Source: a virus. From it: DNA of 64,000 nt. Positions 1-10,600 of this stretch are shown in pieces. The stretch covers positions 64,001-128,000 of IMG/VR virus record IMGVR_UViG_3300023199_000051; one strand, 5' to 3'. Position numbers and translations under genes: made by a program. A model generated the notes under the pieces. It did no database searches. It was given only the letters and a program-made list of their open reading frames with translations, and had not been told where the DNA came from. How positions within the stretch are numbered: the stretch's first letter is position 1; the number at the start of each line of letters is the position of its first letter.

Positions 1-3000
1 CACTTCGTCCAGCTCCATCCCACCAAAGCCGTGCTCGGCAAGGTGCCGGCTCCACTGGCTGTTGGTGGCGAAGTCGGTGATGAGCTGTGTGACCCACTTC
101 GTCGCTCCTGGCGGTGCGAGTGCGTCTGCATGAATCCGCTGGAAGCGTGCGGACGTGAGCGATGGCTTGTACTCGCCGGCATCCTCCCCCGGAGCCACTA
201 CTGCGGCGGGCACGTGATCCAAGACAGGAAGCTGGTAGCCGGAGAGCTGCTTGCGGGCGTCCTGCACGGGGATGAACCCGGCCCAGTCCACCTCGTGCGG
301 GGAGCGTAGGTTGTCCTCGGAGACCTCATCGGGCAGGTCGAGGCGCGAGGCATCCACCACCCAGTAGGTCACCTTCTTGGAGCCGTCTGCCTTGTAGACT
401 TCGTAGGGGCCCTTGAACCCTTCCGCTTCCATGTCGAGACCCGCCTCCTCGAAGGTCTCCCGGATGGCGGCCTGCATCGCAGACTCGCTTTCCTCGACGT
501 GGCCCTTGGGGATGGAGAAGCCCTTGCGCCAGGATCCGCCCGTAGGGTGCACCACCAGGATCTCACCGGGCCGCACGATGGCCAGCCCCGCCGAGTGGAT
601 GACAGGAGCCGTGCGAGGTAGCTCCCCTCCTTCCTCGAACCGGTGCTTCGCTTCGGTGGCGAGCTTGTACAGAGGCGTGTCGGGGCTGTCGCCGTGCACG
701 TCCTCCAGGTGGTCCATCCACCGCCCAGCGGCCCTCAGTGCATCCTCCTCGTCTCCGAAGCCAGCTGCGACTTCCTGGGGGATGAAGCTCGGTCCGATGG
801 CGTAGGCCACCTCGAAGGTGTGGTCGGCGACCTCATACACCACACCCACACGAACGCGGGTGTCGTCCTCGAACACCCAGGCATGCACGACGCTGTCGTC
901 GTAGGCAGCCGGTTCGAGCTTGCCGCGCCCCTTGTACTGGAAGCTCGGAGACAGCTGGTGGGCAGCGCTCTGGTTGTCCGCTGTCGAGCGATACCCGACG
1001 CGGTCCTCCTTGATGATCTCCAGCAGGATGCGGAACCAGCGGCTGTCCGAGGCAGGGCGCCCCTCGGCTTCGAGCTGTGCAATGTCGGCTGCGATCTGCG
1101 AGTAGGGCTCACCCTCACCCGCCTTGCCACGCACCCATGTGATCACGTCGCGTGCAATGTCTCCCGAGCTGCGCACCGGCAGGGACTCGGTGAACGAGGC
1201 AGCAGCAGCACGCGCAGCTGGAAGTGGCCGAGCAGTGTGCAGGTTCTCGGTGGCCGGCAGCGCTGGAAGGTTGATGGCCCTTAGTGCCTTGATCAGCTTC
1301 TTTGTGTCACGCTTCTCATCACCCTGCTCGTACTCAACGCGGTCCGACAAGACATCGAGTGTATTGTTGATAGGACCGCTGCTGGAGTAGAGGTAGCGTA
1401 GTGCCTCAGGCGTAAGAGGGATGATCCATCTGCGGTTCCTCTCTTCCGCATCCTCCATCGCTGCGACAAAGGCCTGCTTACCTTTGCTGCTGTGCTCGTG
1501 GAGAGTGTCGACCTCCAGCATAGTCCACTCGTCATAGACGTTGTCTGGCACCTTCAGGGACAGCGGCACCTGGGCTTCGTCGCCGTGCAGCCAGGAATGA
1601 ATCTCTCTGCGGACATCCGCAGAGACCTCCTTGGCACTCCTGTCGTTGTAGGGCACCGACGATGGCTTTCGGCCACGGCCTCCACGCATGACCACCCCGC
1701 CAAACGTGACGCCGCTGCTTTCCAGCCAGATGTCCATGACCGCGCCGTTCTTGAACCGCAGGTAGAGCTGTCGACGGTGCTTGTTCCGCCCGGTGCCCTT
1801 GTAGTTCTGCCGGATGCTCTTGATGCCCAGCCGCTTCTTGTACTTCTTGATCGCCTTCGAGAGCTGTCCCGTGTACTCCGCAGAGCCCACCTTGGTACTG
1901 ACTTTCCCCTGGCTCGGCACCTGCTCAAGTGGCACAATACCGAAGGTCCCCACCCAGTAGCTGCTCGGTGACACATCATAGGCAGCGTTGTCAGGGAGGT
2001 AGGCATTAATGCCGACCCGATGCGCATGGCCCTTCAGCTCAACAGGGGACACCACGATGGCGACCGCCCTGTGTAGCTGTCCGCCATGCCGCAGACCAGG
2101 CTTCACGTTCGCGATGCGCCTGATACCAATTCGGTCAGGCGAACGTGGGACTGCTATGCGGAGCCCCTGGTGGGGCTGGTCGGTGATGGTGTAGGTCCGC
2201 TTTGTCGAGCCGGGGCCTCCTCTGTCTTTCATCTTGAAGGACACCCCTCGAACCAGCTTCTCGTTGGCCTTCTCGAAGGCTGGCGCTGCAGTCGTTGCGG
2301 TTCCGGTGCCCTTGAAGCTGTCGAAGCCATGTGGTAGTGAACCCTGCTCCTCTGAAGCACGGTCAGTGAGCCACTGGACGTAGTCGAGCATGGTCTTGGT
2401 GGTGACGTTGTCATCGTCGTAGAAGGAACCATCCGGCCCCTCCAGCACACGCTGGCCACGCCGTTCCTTCACGCGCCAGCCCTCTGCAACGAGGTCACGG
2501 GCGTGCTGCTTGCGCGTCTTGAAGACGCCGGAGAGCCCGATCTGCTTGTTCAGGATCTTGATGATGCGCCCGCGCTTCATCGGGCTGAACTGGTCTGCAA
2601 ACCCGTCGGTGTCTTCTTCAGCAGCTATCTCGGCGGCTTCCGCTGCCTTTCTTGCTTGCTCTGCTGCCTCTCTGCCCTCTGCCCGCTTGGTGATCGCGTC
2701 GGCTCCCTGCAGCTGGTCCCACAGCTCGGTCAGCGTCCAGACCACCAAGCGCTGCTGCCCCGCATCGACGCCATACACACCTTCTGGCCTGCGGAGGTGA
2801 GGCGGGAAGTCTTTGGCCTCGGCATTGGCCTGCGGGTACCACTGGCTCACACTGTACTCGACGTCCCCACGCTGCCAGCTTGTTCCGACAGGGATCGCAG
2901 GCGGCTCGGGCATGGGGAGCTGCTTCTTGGTCGCTGCAAAGTCTCCTGCAGCTGCCTTGGCGGCATCCTTCGTCGTGAAGTGCACCGAGGAGTCCCCCGT

Positions 3001-6000
3001 CGGCCACGCACCCACAGACGGCAGTGTCTTGAGGCCTCCGTCCCGAGTCAGGTAGTGCCGGTTGTCGGGCCCCTCTGGCACCGCCTCGGATGCGAACAGC
3101 ACTCGGACCATGTACACGTTCGAGTTGGCTGCCTTGGCCCAGGCCCGCGCAACCTGAAAGCCGAGTCCGCCTTCTGGCGTGAAGATGACAGCGGTGTCCC
3201 CTCCATGCCAATCAAGCGTCAAGCTTGCCGGTTCGCGCTCCTCGATGAGGTCGAGCACGTTGTACCGTCGAGCCGCTTCGCGCCAGTCCTGCTCGTGCAT
3301 CAGGTACAGAGGCTCCCGCACCTTGTCCTCGACCCAGGTGCCATCATCGCGCTGAAAATCCACTACCCACTTGCGCTTGGGGAAGTCCCCCTCACGCTGG
3401 GTGTCGGGACCGAGACCGCGGAGCCGGTGGGGGAGCTTCTTGGTGCTGTACTCGGTGGGCCCGTACTTCTTCTTCATCTTGAAGGTAGGTGTGACGAGCT
3501 GCTCGGGCGTCAGGTGGGGATCTTCAGCCTCTTCCCCTCCTCCCGGCTCGGGCGGGGGCGGTCCCGCCTCCCAACCGAACAGCGGCCCCCACCCGTGGTC
3601 GATGACCTCCTGCTTCAGTCGGTCTGGCGGGGTCTGCTTCCGCGCCCAGCGCTTGCCGTTCCACCCGTAGCGCATCTTCTTGCCGCTGACGGTGGCGTGG
3701 ATGTTGTGCCAGGTGGCGCGGCGCCCCTTCGCACCTTCGACGACGCGCACCTTGCCGTAGACGGGCGACTCCCAGCTGCTCTCCCGATCACTGGAGCCGC
3801 TTGGTTCGGTGCGAGGCTTCGGCGGTGATGGCTGTCCGTACACGATGGCCTTGACTGTGGTCACTGGGTCAAGGGCATCACGCCAGCGACGCTCCAGGTT
3901 CCCGCCAGGGATGTACAGGGTCAGCGAGGCCGGCATGCGGGTCTCGTCGTAGGTCGGCTCCTCGGTCTGGTGGAGGCCCATGCCCCCCTTACCCATGCCG
4001 ATGCGGGCCTTGGTCACCTTGAAGCGGTGCACGGTCTCGGCCTTGTACCGCCACAGCAGGGGCACTTCGTCGATCATGACCCGCACTTCCTTCTGGCCGC
4101 GCAGCTTGTCGGGGTACTTCGTGTAGTAGGCGTGTACGGCATCAGCCCACCGCGTGAAGGCGGCCTCGGTTGGCGCCTCCGACTTGAGCACGAGCTGCCC
4201 ACGCCCCAGCTTGCGCTTGCCTGGAGGCACAGCGTGGATGTAGCTGCCTCGGCTCGTGATGGTGATGATCTGCCACCCAGCCTGCACCAAGCCTTGTTCG
4301 AGCAGCACTTCATTGGACAGCTTGTAGCCGTACTCGCCCCGCGGAACCTTCTTCGACGTACTCTTGCCGTAGCTCGACAGCTGTACGGTGACGGGCACGA
4401 GCTTCGGCAGCGGTGGGCGCTCTTCGGTGGAGGGTTCTGCAGCCGGAGGCTCAGGCGGTGGAGGCGGCTCGGGATCAGCAGTCTTCGGCTCCGGAGGCGG
4501 CTCGGGCGTCTCTCCGATCAGCACTCCGCGGTTGTCCTCGAACCACTTGACGACGTGCTGAAGTACCTGCTCCAGGCCCTCCAGCCCCGTCCTGCGCGAG
4601 GTGTACTTCCGGAAGTCCGGCGCGTCCCAGGTGTCGTGGACGACAGCCTGTGCGGTCAGCTTGCCCACTGGATCCGCATCCTTCTTCCACTCCGAGCCCC
4701 GCTTGTCGGACGCCGAGATGTAGATGCGGTAGTTGGGCGCGTTCTCCTTGATCCCTCCGGGGGCCTTCTCACCCCCCCGCAGCCGGAAGAACTGGACGTT
4801 GACGCTCTGTCCACCGAGGATGGAGCGCTTGTAGACCTCCAAGTAGTAGTCCTCGAACAGCGGCTGCAGCTTCGACCGCAAGAACGTCGCTGCTCGATCG
4901 GCTGCGGTCTGCCCGGGCTCCGGGACCAGTGCAGGTCCGTCATCCGGCTCGGCGGCCGGCGACATCAGCTTGCGGAGTGCCATGGCATCGTCGGAGATGC
5001 CAAGCTGGCGCAGCAGGTACTCCTTCCACAGGCGCCCCCAGAGTACGGAGTGCTTCATCGCATGTGTCAGGGCTCCCTTGCGGGTGCTCTCCTGGACCTT
5101 CACCCAGGTCTCGGGATCTGTCCCTTCACGGGTGATACGCGCAATCCAGTAGTTGTAGCGCTTGTCCACACTGGCCTGGAAGGGAGAGGCGTGCGGCGGG
5201 AGCATGTCGTGCGTATTCTTGCGCAGCCACTTGTCCGCCTTCTTCGGCGACCACCGCTTGTCGGGGACCTCGGGGATAGGCAGGGAAGGCACACGGGGCA
5301 ACCCCTCCTTGTCCTTGGTGAGGGGGCCCGTCATGGCCCATTTGTTCGCGAGGAACAGCGCCTGCTTGGCCGTCATGCCCCGCTCGGCCAGCCACCCGGC
5401 GATGAGCATCTTGGGGAAGGTGGACAGGGCCGCATCTACGTCCTGCGCGCGGGGCAGCATGCTGCTCAGGATGGCGCGAACGCCCCTGTATGCTAGTGGG
5501 ATGGCCTGCTTCAGGGTCGCCTCGTCGGGCACGATGCCGTACTGCGACAGCAGGATGGGGGTGGCGGGCCTCGGAGGCTGTGCGGGCTCTGGAGGTGGTA
5601 CGGGCTCCCCCGGCTCCAGCGGCACATCGGGCACACCGAACATGCCCATCTGCCCGGGACCTGGCGGCGGGGGCGGCAGCGCCTCGCAGCCCACACGACC
5701 GCAGATCATGCGGTACTGGGTCCCGACGGCCTCCCAGACACGGCGGCGTGCCTCGGCGATGGCCTCCGGGTCAGGGCCCGCATCAAGCCACTGCCACTCT
5801 GCGGGGCTGCCCCCCTTACCCGAGGTGATGCTTCCCTTGTGCAGCTGATCCATGGCGTCGTCAAGGATCTCCGCGGCCTGTTCTTCGCCCCCTCTCCGTT
5901 CGGCCTCCTCGGCCCGCTCCAGCTCGTCCCACGCCCAAGAGGTCAGGTCCTTGACCAGCTCATCGAGGGTGTCCTTGCGCAGCGACGTGGCCAGATCCTC

Positions 6001-7116
6001 TGCGCGCTCGTACGACCTGTCGATGTCAGCTGCGCGGCCCGGTGCGGCGCGTTTGAGATCGTCCGCCAGCTTCTTGTACAGGTACAGCAGATCGGCATAC
6101 GTGACCGGCTCTTCACCAGTCCTCTCCGTGTACTCTGTGTACTCCTTGGCACCATCGAACAGCGCTCCGAGCTGGGCGATGTCAAGCCGATCAACCCCGT
6201 CCGGGTCGTACCCGATGTCCTCCATCAACCCTTCGAGGAACCGGGAGACCTTACCGTCGGCAGCGGGGGCGGACTGCGCTTCGTCGTACAGCGCCTTCGC
6301 GATGGCCCGGCGCCGGTCTTCATGGCCCGCCTCAAAGTAGGACTCTGCTGCGGCGTGCAGGTGCTGTGGACCCTCTGACACCACGTCTATCACGGCATTG
6401 TCAACCTCATCGTCCGCAACCACCAGGAAGCTGTCGAAGGGGTTGACCTGTGCAGCCTGTACGATCTTGCTGTCCAGGAGCAGCTTGGACAGGACGTAGC
6501 GTGCAAGAGGAGTCGTGGCTTCACCAGAGAGTGGCGCCTCTCCTGGGCTGATGTCTCCCACTGCGTACAGCGCATCGACGAAGGACGTGTCGCCCGGAAG
6601 CGTGTCCCAGAAGTCGTAGACGTAGCGGTACTCACCTGGCTGCAGCACACGCTCAACATTGTCGGACCACGGGCCGTGTTCTGTGGCCTCACGGGCTTGC
6701 TCCACGATCTCGCGAGCGCGCGCGGCATCGACCTCGACAGGCTCTGCGGCCCTTGCACCCTGCTGCCACAGCTCCAGCTCGGCGAAGCCTTTGCCTGTGA
6801 AGGGCCCCTCGGGGATGAGGGTGAAGTAATCGCTGTCCAGCGCAATGCGCGTCGAAGCGCCCGTCTTGGTCTGCTGAACAATGAGATGGTCTCCGACCTG
6901 GCGCTTGATCTCGACCTGGTTGCCTTTGTACTGACCGAGGCGTCCGACAAGATCATCGGTCCCCTCTAGGAGAACTTCGGCCAGCGCCTGCTGCCCCTGC
7001 TCGGTGTGTAGCCACGTCCAGGCCTTCTTCGCGTCAGGCAGCGTGGACTGCACGGAGGCCAGCCAGCTTACGAAGGAAGCGCGGTCTTGCTCGATCGATT
7101 CGGTTAGCTGAGCCAC
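1..7116 (-). CDS. Giant (>2372 aa, 3'-truncated by window edge) multidomain, probably virion-associated protein with a NUDIX hydrolase domain
   Basis: GTG at 7116 overlaps the TAG of the upstream gene; most of the frame was hand-translated without a stop down to base 1 (MAQLTESIEQDRASFVSWL...EHGFGGMELDEV), and the ORF track lists no stop-terminated ORF from 7116; Pro-rich linkers; Nudix box near the window edge. Confidence 0.9.
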   Translation of the reverse strand, partial: MAQLTESIEQDRASFVSWLASVQSTLPDAKKAWTWLHTEQGQQALAEVLLEGTDDLVGRLGQYKGNQVEIKRQVGDHLIVQQTKTGASTRIALDSDYFTLIPEGPFTGKGFAELELWQQGARAAEPVEVDAARAREIVEQAREATEHGPWSDNVERVLQPGEYRYVYDFWDTLPGDTSFVDALYAVGDISPGEAPLSGEATTPLARYVLSKLLLDSKIVQAAQVNPFDSFLVVADDEVDNAVIDVVSEGPQHLHAAAESYFEAGHEDRRRAIAKALYDEAQSAPAADGKVSRFLEGLMEDIGYDPDGVDRLDIAQLGALFDGAKEYTEYTERTGEEPVTYADLLYLYKKLADDLKRAAPGRAADIDRSYERAEDLATSLRKDTLDELVKDLTSWAWDELERAEEAERRGGEEQAAEILDDAMDQLHKGSITSGKGGSPAEWQWLDAGPDPEAIAEARRRVWEAVGTQYRMICGRVGCEALPPPPPGPGQMGMFGVPDVPLEPGEPVPPPEPAQPPRPATPILLSQYGIVPDEATLKQAIPLAYRGVRAILSSMLPRAQDVDAALSTFPKMLIAGWLAERGMTAKQALFLANKWAMTGPLTKDKEGLPRVPSLPIPEVPDKRWSPKKADKWLRKNTHDMLPPHASPFQASVDKRYNYWIARITREGTDPETWVKVQESTRKGALTHAMKHSVLWGRLWKEYLLRQLGISDDAMALRKLMSPAAEPDDGPALVPEPGQTAADRAATFLRSKLQPLFEDYYLEVYKRSILGGQSVNVQFFRLRGGEKAPGGIKENAPNYRIYISASDKRGSEWKKDADPVGKLTAQAVVHDTWDAPDFRKYTSRRTGLEGLEQVLQHVVKWFEDNRGVLIGETPEPPPEPKTADPEPPPPPEPPAAEPSTEERPPLPKLVPVTVQLSSYGKSTSKKVPRGEYGYKLSNEVLLEQGLVQAGWQIITITSRGSYIHAVPPGKRKLGRGQLVLKSEAPTEAAFTRWADAVHAYYTKYPDKLRGQKEVRVMIDEVPLLWRYKAETVHRFKVTKARIGMGKGGMGLHQTEEPTYDETRMPASLTLYIPGGNLERRWRDALDPVTTVKAIVYGQPSPPKPRTEPSGSSDRESSWESPVYGKVRVVEGAKGRRATWHNIHATVSGKKMRYGWNGKRWARKQTPPDRLKQEVIDHGWGPLFGWEAGPPPPEPGGGEEAEDPHLTPEQLVTPTFKMKKKYGPTEYSTKKLPHRLRGLGPDTQREGDFPKRKWVVDFQRDDGTWVEDKVREPLYLMHEQDWREAARRYNVLDLIEEREPASLTLDWHGGDTAVIFTPEGGLGFQVARAWAKAANSNVYMVRVLFASEAVPEGPDNRHYLTRDGGLKTLPSVGAWPTGDSSVHFTTKDAAKAAAGDFAATKKQLPMPEPPAIPVGTSWQRGDVEYSVSQWYPQANAEAKDFPPHLRRPEGVYGVDAGQQRLVVWTLTELWDQLQGADAITKRAEGREAAEQARKAAEAAEIAAEEDTDGFADQFSPMKRGRIIKILNKQIGLSGVFKTRKQHARDLVAEGWRVKERRGQRVLEGPDGSFYDDDNVTTKTMLDYVQWLTDRASEEQGSLPHGFDSFKGTGTATTAAPAFEKANEKLVRGVSFKMKDRGGPGSTKRTYTITDQPHQGLRIAVPRSPDRIGIRRIANVKPGLRHGGQLHRAVAIVVSPVELKGHAHRVGINAYLPDNAAYDVSPSSYWVGTFGIVPLEQVPSQGKVSTKVGSAEYTGQLSKAIKKYKKRLGIKSIRQNYKGTGRNKHRRQLYLRFKNGAVMDIWLESSGVTFGGVVMRGGRGRKPSSVPYNDRSAKEVSADVRREIHSWLHGDEAQVPLSLKVPDNVYDEWTMLEVDTLHEHSSKGKQAFVAAMEDAEERNRRWIIPLTPEALRYLYSSSGPINNTLDVLSDRVEYEQGDEKRDTKKLIKALRAINLPALPATENLHTARPLPAARAAAASFTESLPVRSSGDIARDVITWVRGKAGEGEPYSQIAADIAQLEAEGRPASDSRWFRILLEIIKEDRVGYRSTADNQSAAHQLSPSFQYKGRGKLEPAAYDDSVVHAWVFEDDTRVRVGVVYEVADHTFEVAYAIGPSFIPQEVAAGFGDEEDALRAAGRWMDHLEDVHGDSPDTPLYKLATEAKHRFEEGGELPRTAPVIHSAGLAIVRPGEILVVHPTGGSWRKGFSIPKGHVEESESAMQAAIRETFEEAGLDMEAEGFKGPYEVYKADGSKKVTYWVVDASRLDLPDEVSEDNLRSPHEVDWAGFIPVQDARKQLSGYQLPVLDHVPAAVVAPGEDAGEYKPSLTSARFQRIHADALAPPGATKWVTQLITDFATNSQWSRHLAEHGFGGMELDEV
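241..600 (-). other. NUDIX hydrolase domain within the giant ORF
   Basis: IHSAGLAIV..EILVVHPTGGSW..FSIPK-GHVEESESAMQAAIRETFEEAGL..PHEVDWAGF; fits GX5EX7REUXEEXGU at 436-504. Confidence 0.9.
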
Positions 7117-7649
7117 TACTTCCCCCCGAAGAATGCTGCGTATCCCAGCATCCCCACAACGGCACCTCCGACCAGGAGGGCCCCCATCTTCGCGGTGTCC
7201 CCCTCCCACCATGACGGCTCGTACCCTTCCTCCTCCGCCTGCGGATGCCTCCGCCCGAACAAGGGCCGCTTGTTGCCAAAGAGCTTCAGCTTGGTCTTGC
7301 TCTTCGCCACAGGTGCGAAGTCGTCATTCTCATCGAGCTGCCCGATCAGTACACGCTTGCGTGCTGCGCGGAACCGACGACGCACCTTCGACACCCGAAT
7401 GCCGCGGCGCTCGGCGTCCTCTTCCATGAGCGCATCCAGCTCCCGCGAGCACTGGCCCTCCAGGTCGGGACCTGGGTTCTTGAGCACGTTGGCCATGTCT
7501 TCGAGGTCGTACTCGCCAGGCCGGTTGAGCCCCACGTACTCGACGTACCGATTGCACGCCGAGGGCCGGTGGCTCACCGGTGTGATCTCAGGAGCAAGGG
7601 CGCCGGAGGTAGCGGCGGGATAGTAGGATGGATGGGCAAATGGTTGCAC
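7116..7649 (-). CDS. Hypothetical membrane protein (basic central segment, C-terminal TM helix)
   Basis: ORF track 177 aa; GALLVGGAVVGMLGYAAFF hydrophobic tail; stop coupled to start of giant ORF; start codon uncertain. Confidence 0.75.
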   Translation of the reverse strand: MQPFAHPSYYPAATSGALAPEITPVSHRPSACNRYVEYVGLNRPGEYDLEDMANVLKNPGPDLEGQCSRELDALMEEDAERRGIRVSKVRRRFRAARKRVLIGQLDENDDFAPVAKSKTKLKLFGNKRPLFGRRHPQAEEEGYEPSWWEGDTAKMGALLVGGAVVGMLGYAAFFGGK

Positions 7650-7662
7650 AGGAGGCTCGCTT

Positions 7663-10600
7663 ATGGCTGCACAGGATCATAGCCGGTTGAGGCGTCGAGC
7701 ACCGATCGACATGGATGATGCTCCCGGTGACCTGCCGGAGCGCGGCGTCGTCGAGCCTCTGTCGCTGGCCGATGCTGCTCGGACTTACCGGGCGCTGGGC
7801 ACCCTTGGCCGGAAGATCCTGCCCTACCTCGAACAAGCCCGAGACGTCGTGTGCACACCGGTCGGGCGCCGCACTGTGATCAAGTCGCTGGACTACGTGT
7901 GCGCCACGCAAGCCAAGTCCCGTGTCAGCCGCAAGGCCCTCAGGGTCGAGCCCAAACTCGTCGAGAGACTGGCTACCACCATCGAGCGGTCACCCTGTGG
8001 CTGCGGCGTGTCGCCTGCGCAGCAGAAGCGTGCCGTGGAGTACCTGCACGCGCTGTCGCAGACCATCGAGCCGGTCCCTATCGGTGGCGGTGAGACGATC
8101 TACTCCGGCGAGATGGGCGTCGATGCAGCCGCCATGTGGCAGATGATGACCCAGGACCTGTACGGCGACAACGACCTCGTTGCGCTAGCGGTCCGCGAGG
8201 CCCTGCAGAACAGCTCCGACGCCGTCAACACGGCACAGCGTTCGCGCGGGGAGCACGGCATCACGCCGGGTGAAGGGTACTTCGCTGTCACCTGGGAGGA
8301 AGACGAGGGTGGTGAGACAGGCACGCTGACCTTCGAGGACAACGGCGTCGGGATGAACCAGGACATTCTCATCAACAAGTTCCTGGTGCTTGGCGCCACC
8401 GGCAAGGGCGAGGACGTGGAGAGTGTGGGCGGCTTCGGGGTCGCCAAGGCCGTCATCCTCGGCGTGACCCCGACAGGGCGGTGGGAGGTTCACACCCGCG
8501 ATCTGGGCGCCAAGCCCATTCCGGGTTCGATGTCCTACGACGTCTACCGCATGCCCTACCGACAAGGCACCAAGATCGTCTGCTACGACGTCCCCACCAA
8601 GGACATGTACAGCCGCGTGTTCAGCGCCTGGTACGCGGTCGAGCAGCGCATCAAGGCCATCCTCGCCTTCAGTGACACTGGCCGCATCGACCTGCTGTAC
8701 AACGGGCTGCCCGTGACCACGAGCTTTCCACGTCGCCGCGGCTTCCACCTGAAGTACGCCGACCTCGACTGGGGTGATGGCAATGAGGTCACCGTCAAGC
8801 GCTACCGCCGCACGGCAGGGACAGGTTCTGGCAACTTCTACGTCCGGCTGGTCACAGGCAGCGGCGTGGGCGAGTCGAGCCTCATCCAGTTCACAGAGGG
8901 TCCAGGCGGTGACACGATCATGAAGTCGGACATCGTCATCGACATCCGCACGACCAACCGGCCCCGCGACACCGAGTACCCCCTCAATGCCAGCCGCGAC
9001 CGCTTCAAGAGTGCGTCGAGTGCTAGCTGGGCCTTCCGTCAGCTCAAGGAGACGTTCATCCGCGAGTCGGCCAGCGCCGATGAAGATCGGGAGTATGACA
9101 CGCTGCTTCCAGACTCATCCGACCCCAAGGAGCGGAAGGGAGCGGAGCAGTTCGGTGCGGCTATGCGGAAGGTGATGGAGGACGATGACTTCAAGGCGAT
9201 GTACGACGAGGTCATGGGCGTCGCCTCCGAGTTCTACGAAGAGCAGCAAGAGGTGAAACAGGAGCCAGACGTCTCCAAGGGAGAGCGTCAGGTACCCGTA
9301 CCTGGGGAGAAGAAGCCGGATCCCTATGCAGGCTGGCGGCAAGTGCAGCGTGCCATTCCGAAGACGGCCGAAGAGGCCGACACGACTGAAGGGCGCAGGA
9401 AGCTCGGTGAGGCCATCGAGGTGGTCCTCACTGACATCGAAGGTGGGAAGCCGGGGCAGCTCGTGTGGGGTGACACCAAGGATGCCCTCACGAGCTTGCA
9501 GGCTGGAGGCAGCATCAACGACTGGCAAGCCAAGGCGCTGCTCGATGCCTTCGACAAGGCCCCTGACATCCAGGCCAAGGACAAGGACCAGGTCGGTACG
9601 AGCAACGTAGCGACCAGCATGACGCTGTCCGAGCTGGGCAAGCGGGTCAGCGATCTTGTACAGCGCAATCCAGCTGTGCCCGCCTACGTCAAGGAGGAGG
9701 TGAAGAAGAAGGCAAGCAAGGTCAACCCGTTCGGCACGGCAGGTGCGGTCAAGATCAGCCGTCAGAACTACGACAAGCGCAAGGCCCGGCGCTTCCTGAA
9801 GAAGGCTGCGAAGTACATCCCCATGCTCGTGCTGTGGGACATCACGCTACGCATGATCGCGCAGGAGGGTGGCGTTCAGATCCCCTTCCGCCCCGGCTTT
9901 GTCCTCGACGACACCGTGCGGGGTGTGTGCGCCTCGGAAGGCGAAGCGGGCAGCTACGAGTTTCGCAACTACGTGATGGTTCATCCTGACCGCCTCAAGG
10001 AGACCGTCAAGGCCCACAAGAACCACCCGAACGCCATCGCCACCTACCTACACACGGTCGCGTGCCACGAGATCGCACACCTCCCCCGCATCGGGCAGGG
10101 CCACAACGAGAGCTTCGTCGTTGCTCGCGAAGACCTGGCCTTTGGCACGGCACACCTGCTGCCCGCCATCGAGAAGGCAGTCGTCAAGACGCTCAAGCTC
10201 GACCCCAAGCCAAGCAAGGCGCTGCGGAAGAAGCTCAATGCTGCCCGCCGTGAAGGCCGCAAGCAGGGTCGTGACCAGTATCGCGACAAGGTCAAGAAGC
10301 TGCGGAAGCAGCTCCGAGAGCTAGAGGCCGATGCTGCCAAGGACGACAGGGACGTGGACAAGCTGCTCGACGAGTACGAGGACATTCGCCAGGACCGGGA
10401 TCGCCTCAAGCGCATCGTCGAGAGTCGACAGGAGGCTACTGGCGCGCTGGTGGCACGCCTCAACGCCCTGGTCGACTACCACGACTTCCGCGCGTGGCTC
10501 AAGCAGAGCGGCACTCCGTTCCTACCAGAAGGGACCAGCGCTCTCGACTTCCTGGACTGGCTCGATCAGCACCCTCGTATGGCAGCTGATGCCTTCTTGG

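Noticed and set aside
31-6969. Plus-strand ORFs such as 2503..3828 and 3970..5496
   Set aside because: Antisense shadows of the giant minus-strand ORF, typical of high-GC coding DNA; no motifs
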